Virus record (IMG/VR): IMGVR_UViG_3300020182_000015
DNA length: 20,000 bases
DNA from: an uncultured virus (IMG/VR IMGVR_UViG_3300020182_000015)
Taxonomy: Duplodnaviria; Heunggongvirae; Uroviricota; Caudoviricetes
Strand: one strand, 5' to 3'
Position numbers and translations under genes: made by a program. Position 1 is the stretch's first letter. Each line of letters begins with the position of its first letter. Below are positions 19,801 through 20,000 of this stretch, one piece after another. The notes below the pieces were generated by a model, which saw only the letters and a list, made by a program, of their open reading frames with translations, searched no databases and was not told the DNA's origin.

Positions 19801-20000
19801 TTATTGCTTACTGAATCTACTGATTATACAAAAACTGGTAGTGATACAATTACGTTAGTTGGTGGTGCCGATTCTGGCGATGAATTATCAATTGTAGACT
19901 TCAATTCATTCTTCACTTATAACGGCTTTGATTCTGCTGGTATTACTTCTATCATTAATGCGTCATACATTCAAGCTAATCAGACAGCACAAGACTTTGC
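13819..20000 (+). CDS. Giant modular repeat fibre protein (at least 2060 aa, 3' truncated) with gp37-like N-terminal domain and nine beta-sandwich domain copies
   Basis: ATG 13819 follows AAGGA (13804-13808) and reads MSTKVKLKKSSIVGRVPSVNDLDYGEIAINYADGRIYYK. No stop was found in frame to the window end, consistent with its absence from the ORF track. VQVYLNG occurs at 14278, 14581, 15628, 16444, 17221, 18136, 18439, 19477 and 19780. There are four APGAL(D/N)TLNELA modules. Confidence 0.9.
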   Translation, partial: MSTKVKLKKSSIVGRVPSVNDLDYGEIAINYADGRIYYKSSSNSINYFQDFNNALAGFDSADVFGIIDSAYIQNRQNLEYSSLIGIPTSFTPNGVDSSATFALIDSDYIATRANLAFAGTADITNYQFVADSGDITFTGTDVNGLTLSFNNQLVQVYLNGILLLENDDYTKSNNNTIILSRPVDSGDQLIVSDFNAFFTNQTVTANTIHGFIDSALASVGEADITAFEFTADSGQTAFSGIDNNGATLSLDPTGVQVYLNGILLSGASDYTVSANTLTLTDGASLNSHLSVQSFKRYFNFVGLDSADITGIVDATYIQANQTAQDFAYASLTGVPTTFAPIGVDSASTIALIDSAYIAARTPEVVATDLSDYRTETQIKTLIDSGVNAVIDAAPGALDTLNELAAALGDDANFSTTITNQIATKIDSAGVVGIVDAAYVQSRQTPQDFAYSSLTGTPNVLDSADITNVVDATYIQANQTAQDFAYASLTGTPNVLDSADITNVIDVAYIQANQTPQDFAYSSLSGAPNVLDSADIAAIATAAGGVDSAAIEAMIDSNYVASRVSLAYAGNAEVKNYKFVADSAQTVFTGVDENAVTLGFTNQLVQVYLNGVLLLDSDDYTKSNNNTITLVTPANLGDQLIVSDFKSFFASAGLDSADITNVIDATYIQANQTPQDFAYSSLTGAPNVLDSANVSTLITTAVDALVDGAPGALDTLNELATALNDDSNAIAAINNTLALKLNIADVVPQDFAYSSLTGVPTTFAPTGVDSGSTLSLINAAYIQANQTPQDFTYSSLTGAPNVLDSADVTAIATAAGGVDSAAIEAMIDSNYVASRVTLAYAGNAEVKNYKFVADSAQTIFTGADENAVTLGFTNQLVQVYLNGVLLLDSDDYAKSNNDTITLVTPANLGDQLIISDFKSFFASAGLDSADITNVIDATYIQANQTAQDFAYSSLTGAPNILDSADVLAIAPAQDFAYSSLTGTPNVLDSADVLALAPAQDFAYSSLTGTPNVLDSADVLALAPAQDFAYSSLTGTPTTIAGYGITDAFDGAYSSLTGTPNVLDSSDVTAIATAAGGVDSAAIEAMIDSNYVASRVTLAYAGNAEVKNYKFIADSNQTIFTGADENAVTLGFTNQLVQVYLNGVLLLDGDDYTKSNNNTITLTQGASVGDQLIVSDFKSFFASAGLDSADITNVIDATYIQANQTAQDFAYSSLTGAPNVLDSNNVSALITTSIDNLIDGAPGALDTLNELATALNDDSNAIAAINNTLALKLNIADVTPQDFSYASLTGVPTTFAPTGVDSGSTLSLINAAYIQANQTPQDFAYSSLTGVPTTFAPTGVDSGSTLSLINAAYIQANQTPQDFAYVSLTGAPNVLDSADVLTIANAAGGVDSAAIEAMIDSNYVASRVTLAYAGNAQVQNTKFIADSNQTIFTGLSYADQLVQVYLNGVLLLDSDDYTKSGNDTITLTQPADLDDQLIVSDFNAFFTNQTVDSAQINSLIDSALGTVGRATVKNYKFIADSGDITFTGTDANGLSLSYNSQLVQVYLNGLLLTESTDYTKSGNDTITLISAADSGDELSIVDFNSFFTYSGFDSADVLALQTPQDFAYSSLTGTPNILDSADVLALAPAQDFAYSSLTGAPNVLDSADVLALAPAQDFAYSSLTGAPNVLDSADVLALQTPQDFAYASLTGTPNILDSANVLAIVPAQDFAYASLTGAPNVLDSANVSTLITTAVDALVDGAPGALNTLNELAIALNDDSNAIAAINNTLALKLNIADVTPQDFAYSSLTGAPNVLDSGDVLALAPAQDFAYSSLTGAPNVLDSGDVLAIATAIGGVDSAAIEAMIDSNYVASRVSLAYAGNAQVQNTKFIADSAQTVFTGLSYADQFVQVYLNGVLLLDSDDYTKSGNDTITLITGAASGDQLIVSDFKAFFTNQTVDSAQINSLIDSALGSVGRATVTNYKFVADSGDTIFTGTDINGLSLSYNNQLVQVYLNGLLLTESTDYTKTGSDTITLVGGADSGDELSIVDFNSFFTYNGFDSAGITSIINASYIQANQTAQDF
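14788..20000 (+). repeat. QDFAYSSLTGxP-punctuated coding repeat arrays with 78-, 105- and 120-bp units
   Basis: 23 QDF starts were counted by hand. 105-bp units start at 15154/15259/15364. 78-bp units start at 16654/16732/16810/16888, 18622/18700/18778/18856/18934 and 19156/19234. 120-bp units start at 16060/16180 and 17653/17773/17893. Confidence 0.9.

Noticed and set aside
1448..20000. Diversity-generating retroelement template/variable repeat pair
   Set aside because: Differences between the copies examined are mostly third-position changes and are not adenine-specific, and there is no reverse transcriptase in the window.

Overview
The window is an AT-rich, entirely + strand late (virion structural) gene block of a large T4-like tailed phage. 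Three exact T4-type late promoters (TATAAATA) sit in the three longest intergenic gaps. There are eight genes, all plausible fibre, adhesin or adaptor proteins: (1) a fibre truncated by the left edge (open from nt 2, not 653) with a C-terminal S74 intramolecular chaperone; (2) a double glycine-rich adhesin-like protein; (3) a 115-aa adaptor; (4) a 1599-aa fibre with PKD-like domains; (5) a 304-aa protein; (6) a 102-aa protein; (7) a 734-aa fibre; (8) a giant modular repeat fibre of at least 2060 aa that runs off the right edge and is missing from the ORF track. The most unusual signal is a hydrophobic-Asp-Ser (phi-D-S) motif saturating unrelated modules across several genes, with sharp DS-rich/DS-poor boundaries. 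It could be a virion-wide modification sequon or cation-binding motif (inference). Other signals are near-identical DNA modules shared between fibre genes 13 kb apart, patchwork conversion tracts among domain copies, a possible head-to-tail docking code (C-terminal xGGxY followed by a gp37-like N-terminus), and a perfect period-4 Phe repeat. No RNA genes, CRISPR arrays or mobile elements are evident. Family assignments are from motif recognition, not database searches.
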